DNA of 64,000 nucleotides from Podospora anserina (lineage: Eukaryota): positions 682,001-746,000 of the forward strand of contig CM030334.1 in assembly GCA_017654855.1 (NCBI GenBank), in the 5' to 3' direction. Positions 22,833 to 37,888 of this stretch are shown here, in pieces. Both the position numbers and the translations under genes were made by a program. The notes beneath the pieces were generated by a model that was not told the origin of the DNA, searched no databases, and saw nothing but the letters and a program-made list of their open reading frames with translations. Position 1 is the stretch's first letter. Each line of letters opens with the position of its first letter.

Positions 22833-23680
22833 TTATCGATGTGGAAACGAATTTATACTATTTGTACCAATCTATCACCGCTCAAATGACAGGGTTGTCA
22901 GGCCCGAGGACTTGAAAGAGAGGTCTAAAGAGAAACGAACCGGACAATCAACCTTAGGGATGGGTATCCCACCCCATTGCGTGCTGTTGAGCTGGTGAGG
23001 TGACTCTGGACGGAAGACCCCGCACCGCACATCAAGGCCAATGCTCCCTTGATGATAGACAGCGTTGCATGATGCACGGCGACACGTGGGCGAGGATGAT
23101 AACCGTAAAGACCCGGGCCGAATGTGGTGATGGGTGGAATTCTTCCACCAAAACTTCCAGAAGAGATGCAGGTGCTGCATGACGTTTTGGCTAATTGCGG
23201 ACCCCCAATCCGAGCTCGAAGCGGAAAGACCCAAGTCGGCGAAATTGAATCTGCCGGCAGTCACCGCCAGCCCAGTCCAAAGACAGCGCGCCAAGAGATT
23301 GCCATGTGGAGGAGGCAGGGGAACCAGCGCCAAAATGGAGCATGGGGTTGCCCGCTGCAGCGCTGAGTGGACAGCCCTGCAGGGTCGCAGCAGCGGTCAG
23401 TGCAGACACCGGCAGTACAGACGCTTTTCTTCCCATCTTCCAGTTCCATGAGGTGCTCAGGTTGTTGATCAGCCTGTTTGACAAGGAAGTCTCTCTCCCC
23501 GTTTGCACCCAGGCAACCGCGTCTCGACCCTACTTTTCTTTCTCTTTTCCTCTTCATGTCCGCTATCCAAAGCGCGATTCTCGCTTTCTGAGGACTCCCT
23601 CGCAACCACACACAGTAGCAAGCAAAGAAGGTTCCTTTCGGGTGGCACCACGCGGCTCAACTTACAGCAGACGTGCAACC

Positions 23681-26530
23681 ATGGCGCCGGCTTCCCTGTC
23701 CGCGCTTCCGAATGAGCTCCTGGAGTTCATCATCGAGGACCTCGACCGCCTCAAGGACATTGCATCCCTTGCGCGCACCGACAAGCGGCTCTATGATGCG
23801 GCAAACTCCTATCTCTACCGGCGCGCCGCCGAGCGTGGTGATGCATGGCCGCTGGCCTGGGCCGCGCAGTGCGGCATGGTCAAGACGCTTAAAATGGCAC
23901 TCGCCGTCGGTCTCGATCCAAACATCCAGCTTGTTGATCAACTTCCGTCCAGTGAATGGCAAAAGGCCACTGCCACGGCCAAGAGCGCTGCCCTGGGGAA
24001 TGCCGACGACTGTGTGTGGGAATCTGACAACGAGTGCGAGTCCAATGCCGTGGTGGAGTGGTCCCTCGACGCCGAAGAGAGCGACCATGCCACCACCCTC
24101 GATACCAACCAACCTTCCAGCAGCATTGGAGCCTCGGACCATTGGGGCCACGCCGAGGATTCCGAGTCGGATAGCGAGAGTGATGTGTTGATGGACGACA
24201 TGATGTCTTCCGACACCGACGATTCCACCTCGAGCTTCGACGGCCACTACGGAGCAGGTCTTGGCCCGAGGATTCCCACGCGGAGCCCCGGCACCGTGAC
24301 CCGTCGATTTCATCCCATCCACCTTGCCGTCAGAGGTGGTCACACGGAGATCGTCCAGATTTTGCTCGATCATGGAGTGTCGGTCATCGCCTGCTCAGAA
24401 AACTTCTGCGGCTGCACCCACCTATATGGTGTCCTCAACGCGCTAGAGTCGCCCGAGAATTCGCACGTCCCTCATTGGTCACCCCTACACATCGCCATTT
24501 GCCATTCCCGCTCAGATGTGGCCCAACTTTTGCTGTCTCGTGGGGCAACTCCCGCCATGGACCTGTGGAATCCCCATGGTGAGCATCGGGGCCTCGAGGA
24601 TGGCGCCACAGCTCTGCATCATGCAGCCGCCATGGGCCTGACAGACGTCGTCCGGTACCTTGTGGACAATAAGATCCAGACCAACGTGGATGTCAAGGAC
24701 AACAAGACGCTAACACCCTTGTATCATGCCTACGCCAATGGCCGGTTCGACTCCACGCTGCCGCTTCTCCTGGAGCTTGGCGCAAACATCAACGTCGAAA
24801 CCAAGATGTACATCCCGTACACCACCATCACGCCTTTGGGTGAGGCCTGTCGACTTGGCGCTTTTCAGGATGTTGACAAGATGGCCGAGCTAGGAGCGGA
24901 TGTCAATCGTGGCTTCATGCTCACCACTAACGGCGGTGGCTTGTCGCCGCTTCACATGTGCAGCATGCCGTCGGCTCGACCGGCAGGCCAGAGTCCTCTC
25001 GATATTTGCGAGGACGAACGGGCGATTCCCCGGATGAGAACAATGCAATCTCTGGTCTCTAAGGGCGCCGTAGTGGATGCCAAGGACTGTTACGGGGACA
25101 CGCCGCTCATGGCCGCTGCCCAGCACTGCAACGTCCCTGCCGTCAAGGCCCTCATCAAAGCAGGTGCCGATGTCCACGCACGAAACGCCATGGGCCGAAC
25201 CGCTCTGATGCAGGCCATCGTGGGTCCTTCGAACAAGGCAATGGCTCCGGCCAAGGTGAATCACAATGCCCTGGCTCAGACCATGCGAGCACTGCTCCAC
25301 GCCGGCGCTCGCATCGACGAAACCGACCTAGATGGAAGCTCAATGCTGCATCTTCCTTTTAGACGACAGAAATCGTACGATGAGCTCCAACTATTCACCC
25401 TGCGCTTCTTTCTCAACCTTCCGGGGATCGAGAAGCTCTTTTCCATCACCGACAACCGAGGCTGGACGCCGTTCGTGAACGCATTCATGACGCCCAACAT
25501 TGCTGCCTGCGATATTTTTGTGCGCAAGGGATGTCTCCGCAGCGGCCTCGAGCCTGATGTTCTCAGGGATCTGTTTCGATATGCTGTTAACGATGCCCCG
25601 ACGGCTTCCATGGACAGTCTGCTCGAGATTGTTTTGGATCTCGATACAGACAGGCTGTTGACTTCAGATCCGTCCTTATTCATGACCATGTTTAACCAGG
25701 CAAACCAACGTGCCACTCGAGCACTGGAGACAATTGCGCGACGCGGACTTCCTCAATTCACCCCTGTCGATTCCACACGTGTCCTGTGCCACGCACTGCG
25801 GACGATGGAGCTGTCGGTCGCTTACTCCCTGATCGATGCCGGCGCCAGCGTCAACACTCCCGACGAATCGGGCGACTATCCATTAGCCTTGTTTGTCAAG
25901 AACGCCATCATGCAGTCTCCAGCTTTGGCCATGCCGTCGGCTGAGCAGCTTCTGCTCGCTTTTCTTCACCACGACGCCAATTTCCATCTGCCCATTCGCC
26001 CCGGCTCGTCTGAGAGGATCTTGAACCGAGTCATCGCCTTGGAGGCAGAAGAGGCGCTGACATTAATATTCAAGATTCAGCCCCTTTCAAACGACCCACG
26101 TGCTGCCAACGGCTTTTACCTGCATGGCGCCCTTTCCCTTGCGGCCGGCCAACGTCTGTGCAACGAGAAGGTCATTGATCTCATCCTCGCAGCGGGCCCA
26201 GACTTGACCGAAGTAAACCGGGCAGGAGATACACCCTTGTCTGTCCTCCTGAAAAGTCTTTGCCGGGAACGACGGTGGACATGGAAATATCACCGCTTTA
26301 TCAGGGCTTTGACGAGCCCTGGCTTGGACATCAATCGTCAAAACATTGATCGCAAGTCTATTGTAGATTACCTTGAGGATCTCATGCACCCAAAAAATGG
26401 AGGTGCTGGTCAAACCACTTTCTTGACGCGTCGGCTTCGCCTGGTTGACCTTGAGGGAGGCGGCAAAGCGCTCAAGTTTCTGCCTCGTCCACAGAAGAGG
26501 ATTAGACCGAGAAACATTGTGGACTCTTGA
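23681..26530 (+). CDS. Ankyrin-repeat protein with N-terminal F-box-like motif
   Basis: LSALPNELLEFIIEDL after ATG 23681; acidic linker; many ankyrin repeats (HPIHLAVRGGH, TALHHAAAMG, DTPLMAAA). Confidence 0.88.
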   Translation: MAPASLSALPNELLEFIIEDLDRLKDIASLARTDKRLYDAANSYLYRRAAERGDAWPLAWAAQCGMVKTLKMALAVGLDPNIQLVDQLPSSEWQKATATAKSAALGNADDCVWESDNECESNAVVEWSLDAEESDHATTLDTNQPSSSIGASDHWGHAEDSESDSESDVLMDDMMSSDTDDSTSSFDGHYGAGLGPRIPTRSPGTVTRRFHPIHLAVRGGHTEIVQILLDHGVSVIACSENFCGCTHLYGVLNALESPENSHVPHWSPLHIAICHSRSDVAQLLLSRGATPAMDLWNPHGEHRGLEDGATALHHAAAMGLTDVVRYLVDNKIQTNVDVKDNKTLTPLYHAYANGRFDSTLPLLLELGANINVETKMYIPYTTITPLGEACRLGAFQDVDKMAELGADVNRGFMLTTNGGGLSPLHMCSMPSARPAGQSPLDICEDERAIPRMRTMQSLVSKGAVVDAKDCYGDTPLMAAAQHCNVPAVKALIKAGADVHARNAMGRTALMQAIVGPSNKAMAPAKVNHNALAQTMRALLHAGARIDETDLDGSSMLHLPFRRQKSYDELQLFTLRFFLNLPGIEKLFSITDNRGWTPFVNAFMTPNIAACDIFVRKGCLRSGLEPDVLRDLFRYAVNDAPTASMDSLLEIVLDLDTDRLLTSDPSLFMTMFNQANQRATRALETIARRGLPQFTPVDSTRVLCHALRTMELSVAYSLIDAGASVNTPDESGDYPLALFVKNAIMQSPALAMPSAEQLLLAFLHHDANFHLPIRPGSSERILNRVIALEAEEALTLIFKIQPLSNDPRAANGFYLHGALSLAAGQRLCNEKVIDLILAAGPDLTEVNRAGDTPLSVLLKSLCRERRWTWKYHRFIRALTSPGLDINRQNIDRKSIVDYLEDLMHPKNGGAGQTTFLTRRLRLVDLEGGGKALKFLPRPQKRIRPRNIVDS

Positions 26531-29095
26531 GGGCACCTGCCCGCTCTCCAACTCCGGCTTGGCAATTGCTTACCTGAGGAACAGGAAAGACCATTCTTCC
26601 CTCGTCCGTATCGGGACGCTGGGCTTGTTTTCGTTCTTTCCTGCATCTATAACACTCGACCGCAACCTTCCGTAGGATAGCGATCTGTCAGTTGACCAGC
26701 AGGACCAACGAGTCGGTACCTGTATCGTCAGACCTCTCTGTCCTTTTTGTCAGTGGAACATGCATCTTCAATAATCCGTATTGGCCAACGCCACCCATAG
26801 TGCAACGCCGACAACTCCCTTGCCTTGATGGGCGACACGCGGCTCAAGATGGTAGGGGGCGCCACAACTTCGTCGTCCAGTACCCTCGACAGACCAAATT
26901 TGAGCCGCCTCACACGACGCTCGCATTCTCAGAGATCCTCAGACCCAGGCGATTTACCTCATGTGTCTCCTTTGCCCAGCAACCCGCTGGATGCGATGGA
27001 ACAGGGGTACATGGCGGATGACCATCACAATTCTCGACGTGCGCAAGAAAAGGGATCGGAGAAGATATCCTACCGAAGAAGTACTATCACGTTTATCAGG
27101 ACTAGGTGCGAACCAATTAATCCTTACTGGTTGCTTTGTCTTGGTTCTAACTTTGTTTGCGATGCAGCTGGGCTTCTTTTGTATCGTTTTCGAAATGGGC
27201 AGTACGAATATTGCTAGGACAAAATCCGGCGTGGAACAGTGCGATCATGGTCCTAGCGACATACTTGGGTATCCTGGTGGCCATCTCTAGCATCTTTGGA
27301 TGGCCGGTGCTGCCCTTGATACGCATCCGAGGGCGACAGGGGTCGTCCGTAATACCGTTTGGAGGGGGGAGTCTCAGTCGCGCTCGCCCATGTCATACAA
27401 CCACCATCAACAACTATTCTCCGACTACTATCAACAACTACGTCTAAGATGAGTAGCCAAGTCCCAACGGGACCGGATATCACATTATTGCTGCTGAGCT
27501 GTACACTACCTTCGGAGGTTCCATCATTTTGTGAACCAATGCGTGCCCTGGCTTTTCTGTCAGCCCCTGGCCCATGCTGAACAAGATTCGATATGTTTAA
27601 CAACTGTCTTTTGACCCCTCGGTAACGTTGCAATCGATGAAGAGATAGTCCACTGCAACCGTGATACAACCTGATAGGTCAGCATGTGGTAGGGTGGGAT
27701 TCTGCTACCAGGGAACTTTGGGTGGGGCATGTGTGTACCTGATAGTTTTCTTGATTCTTGATGAGAGTGCCGTTGCTGCGGGACAGCCCGACGGCTGTGC
27801 CTCTCCGGTAGTTGAAACTTATATTGTTGCTGGAGGCAATACTGGTGCCCAGATATACGTAGGTTATTTGAGGGTCAACCGAACGGGCGGGTGTCGAGAA
27901 TAAGCATGTTATCACACCTCTATTGTCCGAAAGCACATGATTACCCAGCACCAGAGGAAAGCCGATAGCCAGCTGGCTCCAAATCTCACCGCGAGTCTAA
28001 CCCTATTCGCGAAATCTCACTTCTCGGCCGGAAAGGCAGGATGGCAGATGGGCTTAACGCATGCTGCCACAGTCTAGACCAAAGCAGACCTCGGTACTCC
28101 TTCGACAACCTGGACATGACTTTTTTGGTCAGGGGTAAGTTGGAAACTCCATGTAGCCTGTATCGACCTTCCCAATCTGGACAGTACGATCATGGCCGGT
28201 GCCTGGTGATCACAATCACGTTTGTACTGGATGATACCTGGTAAAGGACTGACAACACCTTGGCTCTCTGATTGGAACTTTTCGACACACCACCTGCGTC
28301 TTGTCAGAACGGCATGCTCCCCTCACTTCACCAATTTGCCTGATAGCTCAGGTAACACCCTCGACGACGGCGGTTAGACTCCAGAGTAGTGTTGCATCCA
28401 AAGTAGCCCGCAGCAGCATAGACACGGCCTGGGTTGGGGATAGTATTGGTCATTTAAGAAATTACCGACGGCGAATGCACTGAAAATGTTCACAACCACA
28501 ACACATGCGCATGTCAACGAATTTTCAAAGGTAGCCATCGTGCTTCTTAAGCTCTCCGGAGCAGTCTTCCGCGTGAGATGGACCGCGGCAACGTTGCTAT
28601 CGATCGGAATGCTTATGCACCCAGCAGGCTGGGGGAGATGGAGTCAATGGTGGAGGTCCTGGATCTCTCCTGGGACCATTCCTTGAAACAACGTTCTATG
28701 GGAACTATAAGAGGAAACAAAATGTCCGCTGTTTTTACTTGCAGACTCTGCCAGCAGCTGAGACGATTATTTTTGAACAGGGGTATCCATTTACAAAGCA
28801 GTTCGCTTCAGTGGGCCTTCACCTCAGCTGGTCCACCACCCAGCCTCAGAAACACCATCACGGAAAACACCAAAGATTCAAAAGATTGATTTTTCCCAGC
28901 CTCTGGATTTCAACCCGAGTACTCGAGCAAAAGCTGCTGTGGGTGCAGTTGCGACTCGATTTGATATTTAGGGGGCGGGTTGCTGTCGACTTTTTCCCGA
29001 GCGAAAGCTTTCTCATAACATTCTCCCCCTCATCCCAGCACGCTTGGTGTCTGTCTGTCTCTCACTACATGTTTTCAAGTCGCTGAACGACCACA

Positions 29096-30546
<1,451 letters not shown>

Positions 30547-33500
30547 AGGGCTGGGTGTTTGGGTAGGGGTGGGGGGTGTGAGGAGAAGAATAACATGATC
30601 CTCTTGACGACCGGTGATATTCTTTGATTTCTGCTTCTTTTTCTTCTTCTGGATTCCAGATTTTTTTGTTCATCGAGGGGGTCCTTTCCTATCGGAATTA
30701 CTGTATGATGATGACGATAACGATGAATGAGTGTACATTAAATAAGCGTTATTTTAAGTCAAGTCCATGCTTTGCTGTTGCTGTGAATGTTGCCTGTCCT
30801 GACCCGCATCCATCTCATAACTTGGATGGTCCGTTGTTCTGCTTGATGTCTCGCGTCTTCGCACGTTCAAGCTGCGTATGAGAGATCAGAAGAAAAGTCA
30901 TGATTGGCCCAAGCCATTTCCCGTCCGGGCCTTTTCTCCCGTTGTAGCGTCCATGAGTGGACGAGGGAGAAAATTCAAGGTAAGATTCTCTCTGTAATAA
31001 AATCTCTATTCAAACCAATAATAGCTGTTGTTTGATGTCTTGAACGACCCGCAAGGGTCAGTGCAGATAACAGGGTGAAAAGAAAGCAACTCGGCTGTTG
31101 CCGGCTGAGACAGTCTCCGCCCTGCAGTTCTGGTTTCTTTTCGTTTGGTCGAAGGAACTTCTGGTCACATGGTAAGTGCCTCCGGCGGCCTGGTCTCATG
31201 GCAAAACGTTTCTTGCCAGGCCATCGCCAGTGCGTGGCAACTGCAAGCCTTGCTGATCATAGTTGCTGGCGGGTCCAATGATCATTCTGGCTCACCTGCG
31301 TGTATGTCTGACAATCAGAACACCCGGCCGAGTATCCTCGAAATTCAACGTCTTCTGTCCTATATCCGGAACATGATCCATGAGAGGCGGTGAGGCAGTG
31401 CTTGATATCTCGCAACTGAATGGTTGTTACAAATGCGAAGGAAATTGAAAAGAAAGCACATGTAATTAGGTATGTGACCTCCGATGGAGTGAGCATATGA
31501 ATAAATAGGTAGGTAGAGGAGTCTTATACTATGACCACATGCAGGGGTTAGTGTATGAAAATGAGGGCAGACGAAGGAAGCTGTACTACACCCAAGTCCT
31601 TCTCTCCAGATGGAAAAGAACACGGGAGTCGTTCCGGGTGGTGCCTTGGGTAATTATCTCGAACGAGATAAAATGATCGGTTTGGGAGTCCCGAAAGGTG
31701 CCAGCCTGTGTCGATCTTACCATCACAGACACCCTATTGCATCTTTACTCACAATGGGATGCTAAGGATGCCGTCGTCAAAAGGTACAGGTGGAAGACGT
31801 GAGCCGACAGAATGAACGTCACATCACCGGTGCCCTTTTCCGAGACAGAGCTGGACCAGGTATGCCTTGTCCAGCTGGTTATCGTGACAGTCGTCGTGAT
31901 AGGGAACAGAATCAGGGGGGGGGGACACGGCCCGATTTCCAGGGCCTTGGGGTCAAGGAGACATGGGAAGAAACTGAAAAGTTGAATGGGTGTGAGGTCA
32001 ATGGCTGCTGATAGGCTGTGCCGCCATGGAACCGAAGAATTGGTGCATTGAACTTCTGATCTGTTGTTGGTCAAGGTTGGTGGTGGCAGAGAGAGGAGAA
32101 GTTGGGCGGCATGTACAGATTGAAGGACGACCTTGGTACCACAATGGCGTCTGAACAGACTGCCCAGCTTGCGTTGGTGCACCAAACGATTCCTGGGACC
32201 ATGAATACCACTGCTGTGGGTGGGACAAGAGGAGAGGTACCGAGGAGAAAAGTGGCTGCGGCTCAGCACCACACGAACTTGGGGTTGATCCATATCTGCG
32301 GGTTTCTGCCGGTCCCTTCCAGGCTGGAGCGCCAAAGGCTCTCGGGGATTCGTCGTACAGACTTGTTAAATCAGACATTGCCATTGGTTGGATGTTCCCG
32401 TTGTTTTTGATTTGATGGCGGAAAATAACCCCTCACGGTTGCGCAATGCCTAGAGAGGCGCCGATCCTCTTCTGAGTATGCACCGATTCCCCGTCGTCCG
32501 TGGCTCGTCCGGTCCTTAGCGAGCGATGCAATGGCCGGTGATGATGTGTTGTGTGTGTCTCCCTTGTTGGGTTGTTCATGGTACCGTGGTCAAGGATCTC
32601 GCCAGAGGAACAGACAGGGCTGACGGAATCAACACAAGGTGCAACATTGTTTAGTCTTGGTCGGGAATTTGTTGAAGCCAAGCCGGGAATCCAACGGGCA
32701 GATCAGAGCAAGACAAGCTCAGAAGACGTCTGCGAAGTTCATATGAAGCACAGGCTGATAATGATGAGAGAAGAGTCGTTGAGGAAATCGGCATCCGCTG
32801 GAGAAATGCAGGCTGCCATGCAACCAAACCTGCAGCTGCAGGATGGCCGCTTGTTGGGTCGTAGAGCCAACATGCAGCGAACATCTGCCATCTGCCATCT
32901 GATCTGCTGCATGAACTGGCGCGTTGATGGCGGTTGGGGACGATGCTGCTTGTGGAAATGCGCGGCGTCCATGTCTCGCTCAGCGGCAGTTGCAAGCTGA
33001 AATGGGCAACTCCAAGCATCAGAAACAGGAACAGCCCAGCCCAAAGTGGACACGAGCAAGCCCCGGGAGCATCATTCAGTCCCACTTGGGACGCCCAGGG
33101 AGATCCCAGTCTGGGATCTGGGGATGTCGATCAGAGCCGCTAGCGGCCCTAGATGGTGAACGCACGCACTCTTCGGTCAGGCTTGGAGCGCAACGGCCCG
33201 AACAAAAGGCAGAGGGGTGCTGAAAACCAAATGATCAATAGGTATCTCTCTGTTGAGATGCGATACCTGGGTCTACGGCCCAGCACCCTGGAAAGCGATG
33301 GTCCCAAATCCCAGACAGCCCCCCCCCCCCCTCACGCCCCTTCTGTCCCCCTCAAGCTGCCCACCAGAGAATAGTGTACCTAGCTGTGGGGATAAATACT
33401 TGCTCCGATGGGTTCGCGGGAGTGGAGTGTTGAGAACGGGTCCAGAGGGAGATCGGTGGCTGGATACCATGGCTAGTCTTTCGATACATTGATACACCGC

Positions 33501-33854
33501 TCTCTGCTCTGCCCTTTGGTCGGCCGTCATCGCCGATATGTATGTACCGTATGTAGGTATGATTACGGCAGGGCAGGCAGGTGCAACCCATCTTGGAGTC
33601 GGGAACCTGCATCTGTCCAGAGTGGGAAGGAGAAGATCTCTCGTACCAGTCTGTGACATCCACACCCGTCGACCTTGTATAACTGGGCCTAGAGAACCCT
33701 GCATCTGTCAAGGCAGTTCCCCTCCCACTTCTTGCACAGTTCAGATTGCACTTGCTCACCAGACACCGGCCGTCTTGCTTCTACAGCCCATCTATTCTCT
33801 CCATCTTTGCCCGTGCATAGACACTGCCAGCCTACCATCCACTCGGTGCTCACC

Positions 33855-36021
33855 ATGACTGCTGCCCGTCGCAGAAGAAGTGCAGTTGGCACGACCGACC
33901 GGGCACCACGGCAGCTCCCCGGATCCGCCTGCGAGGCATGCCAGAAGCGTAAAGTACGATGTAAGAATTCATATACACCAATCCAACGTTTCCGTTTTGT
34001 ACTGACCAAAACCCCAGGTGACAGGAAAAGTCCTTGTGGGACTTGCAAAGATGGCGGTCTCGTGTGTGAAATCAACACCCAACGACGACCACGGGGCCCC
34101 AAGAAGGGCGAACTCAAAAACCTTCGAAGTCAGGTTGGTGTGTGTTTAAATCGTGTTGGTGTGTACTATGGCCTCCCCCTCCCCATCGCCATGTCGCTTC
34201 TTGCACATGATGCTGACTGTGCTCAATAGTGGCTCTGGAACGACGCCTCAGTCTTGATCCCACCGAAGAAGCGTTGACCCTCGCTACTCAGTTTTCAGAA
34301 GCCCCGCCCGTGCCCGAAATGCCATCTGCAAGCTCGGCCTCGGATCAGGACTTTTCGCAGTTTCCGTCACCATCATGTCAAAGGAGGCCTTCCTGGGAGA
34401 GCGATATCCATATCGCCATGTCTCCCATGACACCTAGCTCCCTTCCGATGGGCTTCTCGACTTTCCAGTTCCCTCCCTCTCCCCAATCCCCACCGAGATG
34501 CGCATTTGTCGATGATCTGATGCGAGCGGATCTGTATGTTCTTACTATTTCCCCCAGATACTTCTTCGATGTGGCTCCTGACCTGAACGTGTTGCAGTGA
34601 CCAGCTGTATTTCGACCGGGTCCACCCAAATGTGCCCATCTTCAGCCAGTCGCGGTATTTTGCCAGATCTCGGCAGATTTCTATGATGGATGGGCCGAAT
34701 TACTTGCTGTGTCTGCAGTATGCCATGTGGACATTGGCAATGTCGTTTTCGTCGCAGTTTGAAAGTTCGCGGGATCTCTTCTACAAGGAAACCCGCCATA
34801 TGCTCGAAAACCTGGACCTCCACGAGGACGACATGAACACGGTGCGGGTGGAACAAGTGCAAGCGTGGCTTCTGCTTGCCTTCTACGAGTTCGCACGGTG
34901 CAACTACCGGCGTGCCTGGATCACGGCCGGCAGGGCCTTTAGGCTTGTCCAACTTGCACGGCTCCACGAGGTTGATATTTCGGAGAATGCGGCTGAATGC
35001 GACGACGCTGTTTCAATGGAGGAAAAGCGTAGAACATTCTGGGTTGCATATTATCTGGATCGGCTTCTGTGTATCAGAAACCGTAGGCCGTTGACGCTGA
35101 TCGAAGAAATGGTAGGTTCCGTCACCATCCCTGCGCATCTTGGTGATCCTCATCTCCGAACCGCAACTAATAACATCATGCCAGATCTGTACCAGACTCC
35201 CGTCTTCAGACCTCGCCTTTCAGGGCGGCAGTCCCGTTCAAGAGCGGTTTCTGGAAGAGGTCTTTGCATCCGGGGACCACAGCCTCTTGTCGCCTCTGGC
35301 CGAGTCTGCCATTTTGCTCACGATATTTGGTCGTGCAGTATCGCAATGCCAGGCCCAACGAATGCAACCGACATATGCAAGCGCATCACTGGAGTTCTGG
35401 ATGCGTCACGAATGGGTCAAAAACACGCTGAGCTCGTCTTTGAATTCGTTGATGGTCAACCACCCAGTCATCTCAGCAGCAGAGCCGATGCTGTTCTTTT
35501 CCACCATGATGGCGCACGCCGTCAAAATCTACATGTGCCAGATTGTCGAGTCCACATCCCACGAGGAATCATGTCGACCCAACGTGGTAGAGTGCCAGAA
35601 CCAAGCCATGCACGCGGCCAGGGAGATCGCGAGACTGGTCAAAGCCCACGAGCACATCCCCTATTTCAAGGTGAGACACACTTTTTCTCGAGCACATGGC
35701 ATCATTAGAACACAAACTAATGCATCTTCCACGAGATAGGCCCACATTTTCCTCCCGCTCGCCATCTTTTTGGCCGCGTCAAGGCTCATGGCACATCCAA
35801 ACCGTGTGGTGGAGAACATGCAAGCACTTACGCCGCCAGGGTCTTCATGTTATCAAGGGATGGAAGTCAAGGACGGCATCAATGCCGAGTTTCAGTGTTG
35901 CATGAACGCGCTGAGGAGCATGCAGAGCTTCAACAATCTTGCACGCGAATATTTGCTTGTGTTGGAGCCACAGGAGTCGTTTTCACTCACTGCTTTTCAG
36001 GGGGCTTTTCTCTGTGAATAG
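33855..36021 (+). CDS. Zn(II)2Cys6 transcription factor with fungal-specific TF domain (spliced); likely cluster regulator
   Basis: ACEACQKRKVRC|DRKSPCGTCKDGGLVC across an intron; RAFRLVQ and EEKRRTFWVAYYLDR motifs; about five GT-AG introns; TAG at 36019-36021. Confidence 0.92.
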
Positions 36022-36026
36022 GTATA

Positions 36027-37888
36027 ACGTATTTGATAAGCGAGCGGATCGGACAAGCGAGTGGATCGATTTCGTACGCGATATAGCTCTCTACCTGCAA
36101 CATCGATTTCCTCCACCATACCAAGATGTCTTCGATTCTAGTTAAAGCAAAAGTTATTCTTGCACTCGAAGCCCTTAAAAATGACCCTAAGCTAAGCCTC
36201 AAAGCTGTAGCGAGGCTCTATTCTGTGCCTTATACTACCCTCCATCGCCAGCGCGCTGGTAAGCCTGCACGACGCGATATTCCAGCTAACTTACGCAATT
36301 TAACGGATCTAGAGGAGAAGACGATAGTTCAGTACGTTCTTGAGCTATCTGCACGCGCATTCCCACCTAGATTAAGTGGCGTAGAAGATATAGCCAACCA
36401 ACTGCTACGCATACGCGACGCGCCCCCTATTGGTTAACGTTAGGTATATAATTTTATTAAACGTTAGTTATAGCTCCGTACGCGTTTTACGTATAGATAC
36501 GACTATTAAAGGGCTAAATATAAGGACCTAAAGGTTATTACCGAGTGGTTTACGCTTATACCGAATACTAAGGCTAAATATAGTATTATAAATAATGATA
36601 TTTATAATTTTAACGAGATTAAGTTTATAATAAATATTATTTTCGTAAGTATAGTAATTATAATCTCGGACGGCTTTAATAAAATAAAATTAGTTTAGTT
36701 TAATAACCGCGAATAAATAATAATAATTTAGGGAATTAATACCCTCGGTTAGGCTATCCTATCCTTTATTATTTTAACCGTATAATATTATTTTATTAAT
36801 TAATATATTAAATATAATTTATTATTTACTTAATATATTATAATTATTAATAATAATTAAATTATTAATCCGATAAACCTAAATTAAATTAAATACTTCG
36901 ATTATTATATAGCGTCCCGTATAAAGGGTAAATATCGGTTATTAATCCTCGATAATTACGAAAGTTACTATTTAATTAAATTCGAGTATTATTATTAATA
37001 AAATAATATTATTACGCTCTATATACTTCTATACTCCTCCTACCTCCTCCAACTACTCGATATTAATTACTTTAGGCCGCTAAAATAAGCGTACGGCCGC
37101 TAAATCGAAAGTTTAATATATATATATATTAATTACGTAAATAAACTTAAATTTCTTTATACTTTCCGCGAGGCTTTTTTTACTTTTATAACGGAGAAGA
37201 ATATATAGGGTAGTTTTATAGGTATTAGTTTTATACTATACGATTTAAAGAAGGTACTTTTTAAATTAAATATAAAGTTTTATACGTTTATACCCCTATC
37301 TTTAAAACCGGGTACGGTACTACTTTAAGTATTTTAAATACTATAAAACCCCCGAAAAACTAATTTATAATTAACGTTTATTAAAACTCACATTATTAAT
37401 TATTAAAATAGTTCCCCGACTTTAATATTAGTTACGGTAGACTAGCTTATTAAAGGTATAATAATTATAATATATTAAGTGGCTCTCCTTCAGTTAGAGG
37501 TATCTTCGCTCCGTAAGGCGAACGAGGCACTAAGTAAGCGCCGGAGAGCAAAAAAAATACGCGTATAGCTTAGAGGATCACTTACTATATAAGATGCACA
37601 GGATCTACTGGACCAGAAGGCTGTGGGTGGAGAGGTGGCGCAAGGAAAGGAGCAGGGTAGTGGTAGTGTAGGGGGAAGGCGTACGAAGGTTCAGTGCTGT
37701 GGTGTGTGCGGCAAGCCTGGCCATAATATCCGTACGTGCCAGGAGGTTGCAGAAGAGTCTGATTCAGCTGTTTCTGATGTAATTGTAGTAGGTTAATAGT
37801 GTTGTTGTTTTGCAATTGAGGATGGTTGTAATAGGGTAGTGGAAATCGATCCACTCGCTTGTCCGATCCGCTCGCTTATCAAATACGT
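36027..37888 (+). mobile_element. Full-length pogo/Fot1 DNA transposon (1862 bp); transposase inactivated by RIP
   Basis: Perfect 47-bp TIRs (36027-36073, 37842-37888); TA duplication; transposase HTH N-terminus at 36126-36437 followed by stops; C-terminal CGVCGKPGHNIRTC. Confidence 0.97.

Noticed and set aside
23306-23680. N-terminal extension of the 1074-aa ORF
   Set aside because: It starts at a non-ATG codon and looks like UTR; the F-box-like motif begins right after ATG 23681.
30600-33800. Many short ORFs upstream of the TF
   Set aside because: No recognisable domains or consistent exon structure; treated as intergenic/regulatory.
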